37,061 nucleotides of DNA from Schmidtea nova (lineage: Eukaryota). A model generated the notes under the pieces. That model worked only from the letters and a program-made list of their open reading frames with translations. It did no database searches and was not told the DNA's origin. Shown in pieces: positions 21,770 to 32,235 of the stretch (within the stretch, counting starts at the first letter, position 1; each line of letters opens with the position of its first letter). The position numbers and the translations under genes are program-made. Location of the stretch: the NCBI GenBank assembly GCA_044892505.1, contig CM097883.1, positions 132,680,001 through 132,717,061 of the forward strand, written 5' to 3'.

Positions 21770-21866
21770 ATTGTTCGCATATTAAATGCGAAAAAGCATG
21801 ATCAAAAATAAAATTGGTATTTAAATAAAGAATGCAATTTACTAAAAATTATAGAAGAAATCACCA
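21770..21866 (+). repeat. 97-bp direct repeat, copy 2
   Basis: See 19844-19940. Confidence 0.85.
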
Positions 21867-21974
21867 TTTAAACATGGGCAAATAACAGAGATGAGTACAA
21901 AAATAGAAAAAGTTGATTATTTAAGTAATTAACGTGCGTCAAATGACACCATATTGGAATTTTTTAGAATTAAT

Positions 21975-22215
21975 GATAATGGTGGGTTGCTGCCCGTCAA
22001 TATGACCTTGACGTTACCATGGCTTATCATCAACAACTGAACACATAAAAATATTATTTCACCCTCTTGTTGTCCGCTCCAAAAGTAACGTTGGTTATGC
22101 AACAAATGGGTACACATCCGCAAACAGTGATCGTTAAAAAATTCGAAACTATGATTGACCGAATGTCACAATGAGTTTAAGGACGATTGATAGAAGATTC
22201 TTTGCCCATTTTTCC
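21975..22215 (-). repeat. Dispersed repeat family B, copy 2 (inverted)
   Basis: Reverse complement aligns with 13400-13632. Confidence 0.85.
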
Positions 22216-22554
22216 TCATGCACTAAATCTCTAACTTTCCTAAATTGTAGCATAGTCTGAAGCAAAGTTCGGATTCGAATGTCTTTCTTGGGATCTATGT
22301 CAGAGATCTTATGTCATTTTAATATAAATAGGAGTATCTATTGTTAACAAAAAAATAAATTTCATATAAAACTATAATTTTCACTACAAATCATACAACA
22401 ACAAAATTAATACTAAGTCACATCACGTAGCTAGTTATAAAATGGTGATGTTAATCGTTTCCACACTTTCTTTTCGAAGCTGACCCAAAACACGCACTTC
22501 CTGGGGCCTCTTCCGCTGCGCACACACTCCATTTCTGGGCCTCCATCTCTTTGG

Positions 22555-23002
22555 TCAATCCCATGCTACCACTGGCTGGGCTGCAATGAATGGCACAGTT
22601 TCTCCTGCCCGCAACGGAAGCAGCTCCAGTGTGGGGAGGGCCAATTTCGGCTGTACCGCAGAAACAATGCCGGCTTCAATTCGCAAACGCTCGAGTTCGG
22701 TGTCACTGTCTTTAATGTTCATTTTGAGTGCTCGTTGTTGTAAGGCATCATTGGCAGGCTGCTTCTGGAGAACTTTTACCGTTTTTTTCAAATTCTCGGT
22801 GCTTTCCCCATTTTTCCACGTGAACTCGATCTTTCGGCATCGAGATCGAAATTTCTCTATCCTCTCCGTCATCGTTGTGAGCTCGGAACAGACCAGTTTG
22901 CGTTCTTCTTCCATGTTGGCCAGCCAGACGTTCATTCACCGGATGCTCTGGGCCGACTCCTTAGAATGCTTTAGTATTTCGTCCAATTTCAATTCTGTCA
23001 TT
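22555..23002 (-). pseudogene. Coiled-coil gag-like ORF, copy B
   Basis: MTELKLDEILKHSKESAQSIR*MNVW...EEERKLVCSEL...QQRALKM; paralogous to 23199-23555; downstream of an LTR/PBS. Confidence 0.5.
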
Positions 23003-23198
23003 AAGAATTCAAAACAATATGTATGTGAGATTCGGTTTTTATTTCACGGTTTCATCCCTCACAATCACAAACAATTTTAGGTACACCAATTTGAAATAAC
23101 ACAATTCATTCACTCATACATTAGCAAATGACACAAACAGCTTTATGGGCATTCATTTTACTCGTAAATTTACTTTCAAGCATTTTATTCGAATCAAC

Positions 23199-23555
23199 TC
23201 ATTTTTGGAAGCACCGCCATGTCAAGCTAGTATCTGCACAAATCCTAGTGAGCTCGACGTCTCTTTCCTTAGAGGCCATCTTCAGGGCTCGCTGTTGAAT
23301 TTCATCTTCGGCCGATTGCTTTAATAACATTTGAATTTGACGTTTTAGCTTCTCGGTGCCTTCCACATTTGTCCACGTGGCCTCCATCGACCGGCACCAA
23401 GATCTAAACTTATTTTCGTCATCTTCTACAATTCAGACCAGAGGAGCTTTTTCTCCTCTTCTGTGACCGATAATCTGATACTGGTACGCTCGTTGCTTTG
23501 TTGAGACTCTTTAACGTATTTCACGATCTCTTATAATTTTGTCTCTGTTATCTAA
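23199..23555 (-). pseudogene. Coiled-coil gag-like ORF, copy A
   Basis: ITETKL*EIVKYVKESQQS...EEEKKLLWSEL...QQRALKM; first ORF after the PBS and leader. Confidence 0.5.
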
Positions 23556-23756
23556 AATGATTTTATATTTAATTATACTCACTAATCCATTTCCTTAAAC
23601 TGTGGTCATCAAGCACTCAAGTCTCGAACAAACAATTCAATTCAACATATCAATCATTTCAATTTACCACGAGGCGTTACTGAGCTAAAACATTATGGTT
23701 TTCATACATTTATCTCAATTATAAGATCGCTTTTCAATTATTTTGCTACGACCGGA

Positions 23757-23772
23757 CCTGGCACGCTTATCA
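23757..23772 (-). other. Degenerate primer-binding site (tRNA-Arg-like)
   Basis: TGATAAGCGTGCCAGG 1 nt after the LTR end ...AACA; resembles TGGCGAGC..GCCAGG Arg-type PBS sequences (recalled, not searched). Confidence 0.4.
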
Positions 23773-23773
23773 G

Positions 23774-23990
23774 TGTTGGGAACATTCGCTATTTAGTGAT
23801 ATTCAACCCCTAAATCACCAGCCATAAATGGAACTTATTTTCACTTTCATTAAGACCTGGCTTTAGTGTGCATTAAAATTAAAAGAAACTCTATTTGAGT
23901 TTCGGTAGCGTCAACTAAGATAATCAATTGGCGTTATTGCAGTTTCGTCTATAGGGTTGGTGTCACCCAGTGCGGGAACTTATGGTTTCA
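23774..23990 (-). repeat. LTR (217 bp, TG...CA)
   Basis: Begins TGAAAC immediately after a polypurine tract and ends CCCAACA before a PBS-like motif. Confidence 0.6.
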
Positions 23991-24006
23991 CCCCCCCTTC
24001 CCCCTC
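23991..24006 (-). other. Polypurine tract GAGGGGAAGGGGGGG
   Basis: Pure purine run directly 5' of TG, downstream of the integrase. Confidence 0.75.
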
Positions 24007-24249
24007 AAGACACCCTATAGACATCTGCCAAGTCTGCCAGTGACAAATAACAGAAACATACAGAATCCTTAGTAACGTTTATAAATATTGGTAATATATT
24101 TACAGTTATAATTTCTTCATAAGTTATAATAATAATCAAAATATATTTTTATAAAAAGTGCCGAATTTTGTAATATTAAAACAAAGTTCTAATATACATT
24201 AATTATTGAACATCAATCTCTTCCTCTTCATTTTCTTTGCATCTATTCA

Positions 24250-25060
24250 GCCATTCTTCTTGATTTTATTGAGTTTTGAAATTGTAATTCAACTTGTCTT
24301 GGTGATAAGAATTAAAAAAATTTGTAAGGTCCTTCATATTAGATTCCCTCCTTCTTTCATCTATGTGGTTTCAAGCGAACTAATACTTTCTCTCCCACCG
24401 TGAATACTCGAGTACACCAGTGTTCTAAATCTCTATTTCGCATTGTTGTAGCTGCTTTCTATAGATCAGTTTTTGTTTTATCCACAATTTCTTCTTTGCT
24501 TTTTTGTATATGTCCTAATCCAGAATATAAATTAGTCTTCCGACCATATACAATTTCAAAAGGTGAGAAATTTGTTGGGTTTCTATTGTAGCATACAAAC
24601 TAAATTCAATCTTTGATAACAATCTGCACCAATTATTCTCTATTCTAATCTCTGTCAATGATGTTGCCAACATGTCTCAAACTGTTCTTTTGATTCGTTC
24701 TGCTAAACCATTTGATTGGTGTTGATATATTGAATTAAATTCTTGTTTTATACCAAATTTCTCCATCCAATCACGAAACATTGATCCTTCAAAAATTCTT
24801 CCTCTATCTGTAAGAATGCTTTCTGGTCTACCAAAACTATATATCCAATTATTTAAAATGACATTCAAAATTATTGATTCACCCTGTGTGCTTGTTGCTG
24901 ATAAACTGACCAATTTACTAAAACGATCTATTATCACTAACATATATTTCTTACTTGCTTTTGTCTCCATACTATCTGTTCTAAAAACCGTTCTCCTGTT
25001 GTTGGCAATAAAATTTCTTTTGTTCTTCCTTGATCAATCACAATCATCTTCTAAATCCAA
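24250..25060 (-). pseudogene. Ty3/gypsy integrase remnant
   Basis: LVIIDRFSK, ILTDRGRIF, HQSNGLAER (D,D,E core); SPFEIVYGR; FTVGEKVLVR and GPY motif (24324-24332); multiple stops and frameshifts. Confidence 0.9.
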
Positions 25061-25079
25061 ACCGTAGAACATATCCAAA

Positions 25080-26065
25080 TATGCCTGTCTTTTCGACTGA
25101 ACTTGAAGAAAAAATCAGCTTTTTAGAAACTAAAATTAAAACTTTAATCAAAGAACAAATTATCATGCTTGAAAAAAATTTCTCAACACAAAATTCTTTC
25201 ATTCTTTAATTCCAAAATAAAGAATTCCAAAGACTTCACAATTCTTCCATCAGATAAAACCAATCGACTAATTGCCCTTGACACAGAACAATACAACACT
25301 CTATTTGAAGAACATCTCTCGAACTATGAACTAATAAACAAAATAATCTTACCTACACCGACTCAGATTCTATACAATAAGAAATTGTCAACACTTGCAA
25401 ATAAACAAATCAACCTTCAAATCAAAGATTTACTTTTAAAATGCAACTGTAGTGAGCCCTTACCTAGTAATATGACTATGTTACCTAAAGACCACAAAAG
25501 TCCTTTAAAAGGCAGACCTCTTGTATCCACAGTTGACACTCCTTCCACAACACTTTCTAAAGTTCTTTCAGAAATCCTAAAAACACTTTTGCCTTTGGTT
25601 CCTTGTCATCTCTAAAACACAACTGAATTCGTCTCTGAAATTACAAATAGGTTTCTTCCGTTAAACGCAGGACAACAGTACTTCTGGGGATCTCTTGATG
25701 TTTCCAATCTTTACGGATCTATTCCTCTTCACGGAGAGAATAAAATTTTCGACATCGCAGCTTCTTTCTTTGAAATTCATAAAGCCAACACTGACCTCGC
25801 AGACTTAACTAAACAAGACTTTATAGAACTTCTAAAATTAGCAATAAATTCAGATATTGTCATAATTAAAGAAAAACCATTCAAACAAATTCATGGATTA
25901 GCCTTTCTCCCATCTTAGCCATCTTCTACATTAACTTTATAGAATCTAAAATCAGATCTTTTTTTGGGGACAGAATAATTTTCTGGAAACGATACATCGA
26001 CGACATCTTCATAGTCTCCACAATTCCTCTCAATCAAATCCTATCACACGCAAATTTTCTACAAT
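25080..26065 (+). pseudogene. Penelope-like element reverse transcriptase remnant
   Basis: SDKTNRLIAL; LPKDHK..LKGRPLVS; SLDVSNLYGSIP (25691-25726); KQIHGLA/SPILA with the MG motif deleted; WKRYIDDIF (YIDD 25993-26004); stop at 25613-25615; 3'-truncated. Confidence 0.88.
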
Positions 26066-26504
26066 TATTAAATTACAATTATGCGACAACTCCATTTCAT
26101 CGAAACGAAAGAACATTTACATTATAGTTCGTCAGAGGGATCCAAGGTTCTAATCGACACATTATAACTACTCATATTGCGAATTCGACAATCGGATCGC
26201 TGCATGAGAGCCGACAGAAAAACAACAATAAAATTGATATTCTATAATCAGAAACCACCACCGGAGAATCTTGCCGTTCGATGTAAGAATTATACTTCTT
26301 TGAGCATGGGCTAGCGAGTCATGCCCTTGTTACCCGATGCTGGGTATTTTATTTTTATTTCTATTTGATATAATATTCTTTACGTTTTTCACAATTTATG
26401 TTTATGTGAATTTAAATTTACTAATATTGTTTATTTTGCCTTTATGATTTTTTTAATGTTTTTCATTTAAATACATATTATAAAAAGTAATTTTTGTTTT
26501 CTAT

Positions 26505-26690
26505 ACCATCCTACGTCGGTCCAGTGCCACACACTGTACCAATCAAGTAGCCTACGTGGATCGCTGTTCGGTTGAGGCCCATTAACCAGTCAGCCCATAT
26601 TCCTATCTAAGGTTATGCTCACACATCCATGATCACTCCATCCCTTACATTGATGTTGGGGAACAGTGGCTTGGCCAAGGACAAGGTCTT
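26505..26690. repeat. Dispersed repeat family A, copy 2
   Basis: See 10810-10985. Confidence 0.75.
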
Positions 26691-27328
26691 TTAAAATTAA
26701 AAAACGTCTTCAATGCTATTACATTTTTATTGAAATGCGATATGGTATTCAAAGACGTAAACTAATATTTTACTATAGTACAGTATTTATATGTATTTAT
26801 ACTAACATGTAAGACTTTCACATTTACACAAATCAAAAATTTATTAACATCTGTTCGAAAACAAAGTGCTCGCACCATAAATTGCCATTACTACCTAAAT
26901 CTCATCTTCATCTTAGTACAAAAAGAATCACGAAATTACTTCATCGTTGTAAGTAACTCTTGTAGTTACTATATTTTACATGTTTTCGTTTTGTTTTAAT
27001 GTAAAAAGAAATGCTTGTAAATAGGGAAAGCGAAAACTAATTACAAATTAAATAAATCGATTATTATAAATTCTTAATTCTTAATTCTTTATTAACCTTT
27101 TAATGTACACGCTCGTGATAATACGGGCAACCAAATTTTTCACGCTTGTTTGATGTGGGCGATTTCTAATATTTGTTCTGTACATAAATATTTTTTTTCA
27201 ATTTAATTAGGTATAAACACTAAATTTTCACTTTAAAAAAATCCGATCATTTTTTGACCGAAAATTCAAAATTAATGTGTTAGGGGATAGATATTATTCT
27301 TCAATTATCCTATGGACAATATTATTAA

Positions 27329-28250
27329 AATGGTGTCAGAAGAGACAGCAGAATCTTCACGTCAATCATCATCAAATAAATTAATTCTAAAAGATGACGA
27401 TACCTATTTATTTATATCGATATATTTAATGAAATGATGCAAAGTAAAATTCTGACTGTAAAGCCAAATAGTGAATGGTGTAGAAATGTTTCACAGTTTA
27501 TTTTCAATGCTCTACGTACGAAAACTGTACAGGATAATGTAGAACTTTTAAATAAAATAATGTAGATAAGATAATGTAGAACTTTTAAATAAATTTTTAC
27601 TGTCAAGTAATTAATTTTTAACAGTTTTTTACACAGATTGGATTCCTTCTTCAATCATTGAATGCGTGTACAATGATGAATTGTTTCTTATAAACTTTTA
27701 TCTTTTGTTTTCGAGTTTTGCAACGTACATTAAAATTTATTTATATATGGAAAATAATGATAAAAATTTGTTTTTCAAGTTTGTCGAGTCAAATAGAAAT
27801 TCTTTTGAAATATCTCAAATTTATCAACGAAGAGGAAGTTCAATCGTTTAACAATGAAACAGAAATCTTGCTCAAAGGAATCTTGAATAGAGCCAATGAA
27901 AATTATGATGTGATTTATAAAGCTGTTGAAACGACTAATAAAAACGTATTAGAGCCTGATGAAATAGACAATGTTACTTTCGTTTATATTCGGAAGTTGT
28001 GGATTGGAAATTTTTATTGGGTAAAGAAATTTCAGATTTTCTCAAACGCAGTGATAAAGTTCTTAACAAAAGTTTAGAACAAACAATGGAAATCGTAGAT
28101 TTTGACAATTTTTGCAATTCAAATCTTGTGTTGCTCATTGATAGATTAATTTATTTGCCACAGCTCGTTTTGAAATTGATTTTAAATCGCGCACCATAAA
28201 GTTTTATTGCTCCTTTTATTCAAACTTCTATGCCCAATAAAATTTTCATA
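27329..28250 (+). pseudogene. Fragmented coding-like region, unknown product
   Basis: AAAATGG start at 27329; successive ORF pieces (27718-28077, 27999-28199) with protein-like composition; 24-bp local duplication at ~27532/27569; no motif recognised. Confidence 0.3.
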
Positions 28251-28309
28251 TTTAACATTGTAAGTGGTGAAATTATTTTGCATCTAACGATTAAGATGCT
28301 AAAATCCAG

Positions 28310-29346
28310 TTGCTGTTTCCAGATATTAAAATGTATTCCTTTTTTGCTTCCACTAGTGGAGAACAACTTTTAAAATGCAATACTGATACTTCAGACATAA
28401 CATTATACAACTCCAGTGATCTAATAAGTGATTCGATTTTAATTAACGGAATTACATTTTCTAACTTGCATTTAGTTGTATGGTTTTCAAACGATGACAA
28501 TTCTAAAAACATTATTTATCTGTATAATATAAAAGTAGGTGATACCGGATCGAGAATGACTTCAAAATTACTTGAATACCCACTTGAGTATTTTAAGATA
28601 TCCAAAGTCAAAATTGCCGTCCACCCTTTTCCTCATTTATCATGTACAATCATTGAACAGTATAATTGTATTTTGAGTGAACATTTTTGCATGGATGATG
28701 TAGATATATTGTTGGTTATAATGAATCTCTTTATGATATTATGCTAGAACAAATAAATGTAAAAGAGCTGGTATTGCATCATAGTAATAGATTGGTAGCC
28801 CAAGTTTGTAGTTCGTCAACAGCCTCTAGTAGATTTGAAAATGAAATATACAGTAATTTTTCAGTATTATCAAATCTTGTTCGTTATCCAAGAATAAATT
28901 TTCCAGTAGCTAGTTACATACCATTCGGTTCAGTGACAAACATAGAAACGTATAAGACATTCGAAATTTTGAAATACAATCTACATTCATTTGAAGAAGA
29001 AAATACTTGTTGGTATCGAGATTCTATTAGCAAATTATTGACGAACATCAATCAATGCTCTACAATGGCGAACCCGAGTTCCAACCATATGTTTAATAGT
29101 AAGAGTTCTTACATTGTTCTATGGCTAAATGCTGGGTTTATGGGGACCATTTCCAAACGAACACTAAAATATCAATTAAACATTAAAGATAAATTTTCTA
29201 TATTATTCAACTCGTTAAACAAGGAATATAATGTCAAAACACACGAGTATGCACTCATTTATAACAACCCAACAATTTTAACAACAGACAACCCAGAAAC
29301 ATTAGGAATGTGCAACAATTCATTCATTGACATTTACTACCTTTAA
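28310..29346 (+). pseudogene. Highly divergent alpha-tubulin-like gene, frameshifted with internal deletions
   Basis: VGDTGSRMTSKLLE (GGGTGSGFTSLLME); IIEQYNCILSEH (VVEPYNSILTTH); after a frameshift near 28730, NESLYDI (NEAIYDI); SNRLVAQVCSSSTASSRFE (LNRLIGQIVSSITASLRFD); NLVRYPRINFPVASYIP (NLVPYPRIHFPLATYAP); WLNAGF (WCPTGF). Confidence 0.85.
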
Positions 29347-29354
29347 GTGGTGGT

Positions 29355-30105
29355 GCCGACAATAATGATAAGCTCGAGTTGATTGCACAGTTTGATCCTT
29401 TTATGGCCGAACACATAAAAAATTATGGTGACAGCGGTTCTGGAAAAACAAACTACCTCTCAAAGACTACATGTGAGGAGTTGATCGTATTGATGGCAAG
29501 AAAAGTTTTGCAATCAATCAGCGATGATGTTCTAAATACGAATTATTATGGATTATCAGTAGACTCGACACCTGATGTGAGCCACAAAGATCAACTATGT
29601 GTGATCTCGAGGTACATTGATCAGACTTCTAATGAGCCAATCGAAAGATTTGTCAACTACATCCACATCGATAATCACACAGGGGAAAATTTAGCAAATG
29701 AAACTGTGGGCTTTTTAGACGAAAGATTGAACTTGGAAATCAGCAACTGCAGAAGCCAGTCTTATGATAACGCGAGCAATATGACTGGACAATATATAGA
29801 CATGAAAACTAAAATTTTGGAACTCAATAAGCTGGAAAATTCTTGCCATGTTCAGGTCATTCTCTTAACTTAGTGGACTGTTGCATCGAAAGGAATAAAT
29901 TTTTTCAGTATTGTTCATGAACTCTACAATTTTTTCTCTGTTTCTACAAAGCGATGGAGTATTTTGGGACAATTGGCAAGTAGTTCATTGAAATCACTAT
30001 CGAATAATCGATGGAGCGCTCATGCTGACACGGTCAAATCCATTCAGCAAAGATACGACAAATTGATGGAAGCATTGCTCACAATCAATGAGAGTGAAAG
30101 TTTTT
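29355..30105 (+). pseudogene. hAT transposase fragment (ZMYM1/DUF4371-like)
   Basis: LIAQFDPFMAEHI; NYLSKTTCEELI; YYGLSVDSTPDVSHKDQL; ERFV; QSYDNASNM; then frameshifted HSLNL, YNFFSVSTKRW and LKSLSNNRWSAH; truncated at both ends. Confidence 0.92.
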
Positions 30106-30507
30106 AATTACTTTGGTCGCGCCAACTTTGTAAAATATTAAAAAAGTAATTAAATAAAAATAAAATAGTAAAAGGCGGGGCTTAAAGCTGTGAGAGATTG
30201 TGGGGCGAGCATGGAAGTCTGAAGCCGGTAAACGGTATTATCGAAATCTATATAAATCGTATATGATATGGTCTGTGCACAACAACATGGGCAGTGCAAT
30301 TGACATTCACTCTGCTATTAAATCTGTGATACCTTCACTAGTCGGATTAGTTGTAGTTAATGTTGTTGAAGGATCGGCTCTCGGCGCATTATACAGTATG
30401 AATAATTATCTTCACAACAGACCATGTGTTTTCCAATCACTATTTCATCAGCATCCCAACTCTCGGACTATAGACTTAATCGATTCATCGATTCCTCTAA
30501 GTGCTCA

Positions 30508-31923
30508 TCAATTGTCTCCTGAATTATATTCCTCAAAATTACAATTTTCTTCGACATCGTTTATATTTCCCACAATTTTCTCATCGACAATGCAGTTTTC
30601 TTCAAAATTATATTCATTTACTGCCCGCTCATCTTTTACTACCATTGTCGATTCAATTTCCGTCATTACTTCTTGCACTAATTCGTTTGAAGTAGTATTT
30701 ATTCCATCCTCGCTTGCAATATCAACCGACCCAAATTTGTCAATCATTTCACCAGACACACCACCATTCATCGCGCTATTCTCACTTCGACCTGAATTCA
30801 AATCGCCATCACCAGTTCGAACCTCACCAAGAACTGCTTCCTGAGCTTTAGGTGCAAAACTCTCGATACATTCCTCTTTACACTGTTCTTCTCGATAAGT
30901 CACGATTGACCTGTTTTGATTCTCGGTTTTCTTTTTACTGTCATCCATTTTTATCACAGGAAAATGTCGCAGTCCACATTGTGGACGTGGGTACCTTCTA
31001 TTGTCAATCTTTTCAGAAGCCTTGCAGTGTTTCTGCCCGTACTACCAATTGAAATCCTTTTTCTGACCCAATCCATATAATATCTCATTTGTCGCTCGTA
31101 TTAGTTCGGCTTCCTTTTGCAACCACTCCTTTAACCGTTTTACTGATTCCTCACTTTCATCTTTTGCATGCTCTCTTTTCCATTGAATAAGTAGAGAAGC
31201 AGGTAATTTCTTCAACAGTTGTTGTAAGATACAGCCTCTCTGTATGTTCTCTTCTCTTCCAATTGCCTTAAACCGTACTTCCATGGATTCCAGCAATCCA
31301 ACAAAACTATCCAAATCTTTTATTTCTCCTTCGCAAACCGGCATAAACTTGTCTACAGTTTCTAACATAATCAGGTAACTACGTTCTTCACCTCCGTATC
31401 GCCTTTCCAATTTATCTTTCGCCATTTTGTAGCCTTCGGCGGTATAACCCAGTGGCTCTGTCATTCGCAGAGGTTCACCTAAGAAGTACTGCTTAAGATG
31501 CAGCATTTTTTCTTCGGCTGTTTCATCTGCCTTATCTATTACCGTGTTGAAGGCCGCCTTCCAATTTTCAAACTTGATCACTTTCCCATCGAAAATCGGA
31601 ATCTTAATTTTCTGCAACCGATTTAAACTCTTCTTTTCTCTTGGCTCTTCACCATCTGACGTTTTCGACCCTTCAATTATTACACTTCCTTTCTTAATTT
31701 GCAATATTTTATTTATCTCTTCCTTCTTTAATTCGATTTCACCAATATCTTTCTCAACTAACTCCATTTCCTCGTTTTTGTCTAATCTTTCACATAGTTC
31801 CAACAGTCTTTGCTATTCGTTCAAGGCCTGTTAAAATTCTTTCTCATATGCTTCTAGTGAATCCTTGAGCTCCCCATTTATGTCTGCGAGCAATAAATTA
31901 CGCATTTGACTCACTCTCCATTT
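30508..31923 (-). pseudogene. Bel/Pao LTR-retrotransposon Gag (DUF1759-like)
   Basis: IKIPIFDGKVIKFENWKAAFNTVID; EKMLHLKQYF; GYKMAKDKLERRYG; LLKKLPASLLIQW; degenerate Zn-knuckle (HCK...PQCGLRH); in-frame acidic tail; stops at 31831, 31813, 31042. Confidence 0.85.
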
Positions 31924-31971
31924 TTAAGATCGCTGACGGGTCCATAAACTTTTGAACTCTTCCTCATCATT

Positions 31972-32235
31972 ACCACCTCTTAAACGAAGAACAAGATGAA
32001 GAGTAGATTCTTTTTGAATGTTGTAAACTGACAGGATTCTTCCGTCTTCCAATTGTTTACCCGCAAATATCAATCTCTGTTGATCAGTAGGGATTCCATC
32101 TTTGTCTTGAATCTTTGCTTTTACTTTCTCAATAGTGTCCCTCGATTCAACTTCCAGTGTTATTGTTTTACCTGTTAAAGTTTTAACAAAAATCTGTATT
32201 CCACCTCTCAATCGCAAAACAAAATGCAAAGCTGA
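31972..32235 (-). pseudogene. Polyubiquitin fragment: C-terminal remnant (..[12 protein letters not shown]) plus one full 76-aa ubiquitin
   Basis: [17 protein letters not shown]...[12 protein letters not shown] at 32199-31972; 68/76 identical to canonical ubiquitin by manual comparison; all seven Lys and the terminal GG retained. Confidence 0.97.

Noticed and set aside
22586-23080. 164-aa plus-strand ORF
   Set aside because: Antisense shadow of the gag-like ORF, which has a paralog on the minus strand.
26100-26160. Hammerhead ribozyme (minus-strand CTGACGA) next to the Penelope RT
   Set aside because: No stem II followed by GAAA at the proper spacing and no stems I/III.
29379-29470. P-loop NTPase from GSGKT in 'GDSGSGKT'
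   Set aside because: It lies within a clear hAT/ZMYM1-like transposase segment; coincidental, with no Walker B.
30200-30844. 214-aa Ser-rich plus-strand ORF
   Set aside because: Largely antisense to the Glu-rich in-frame tail of the Gag ORF.
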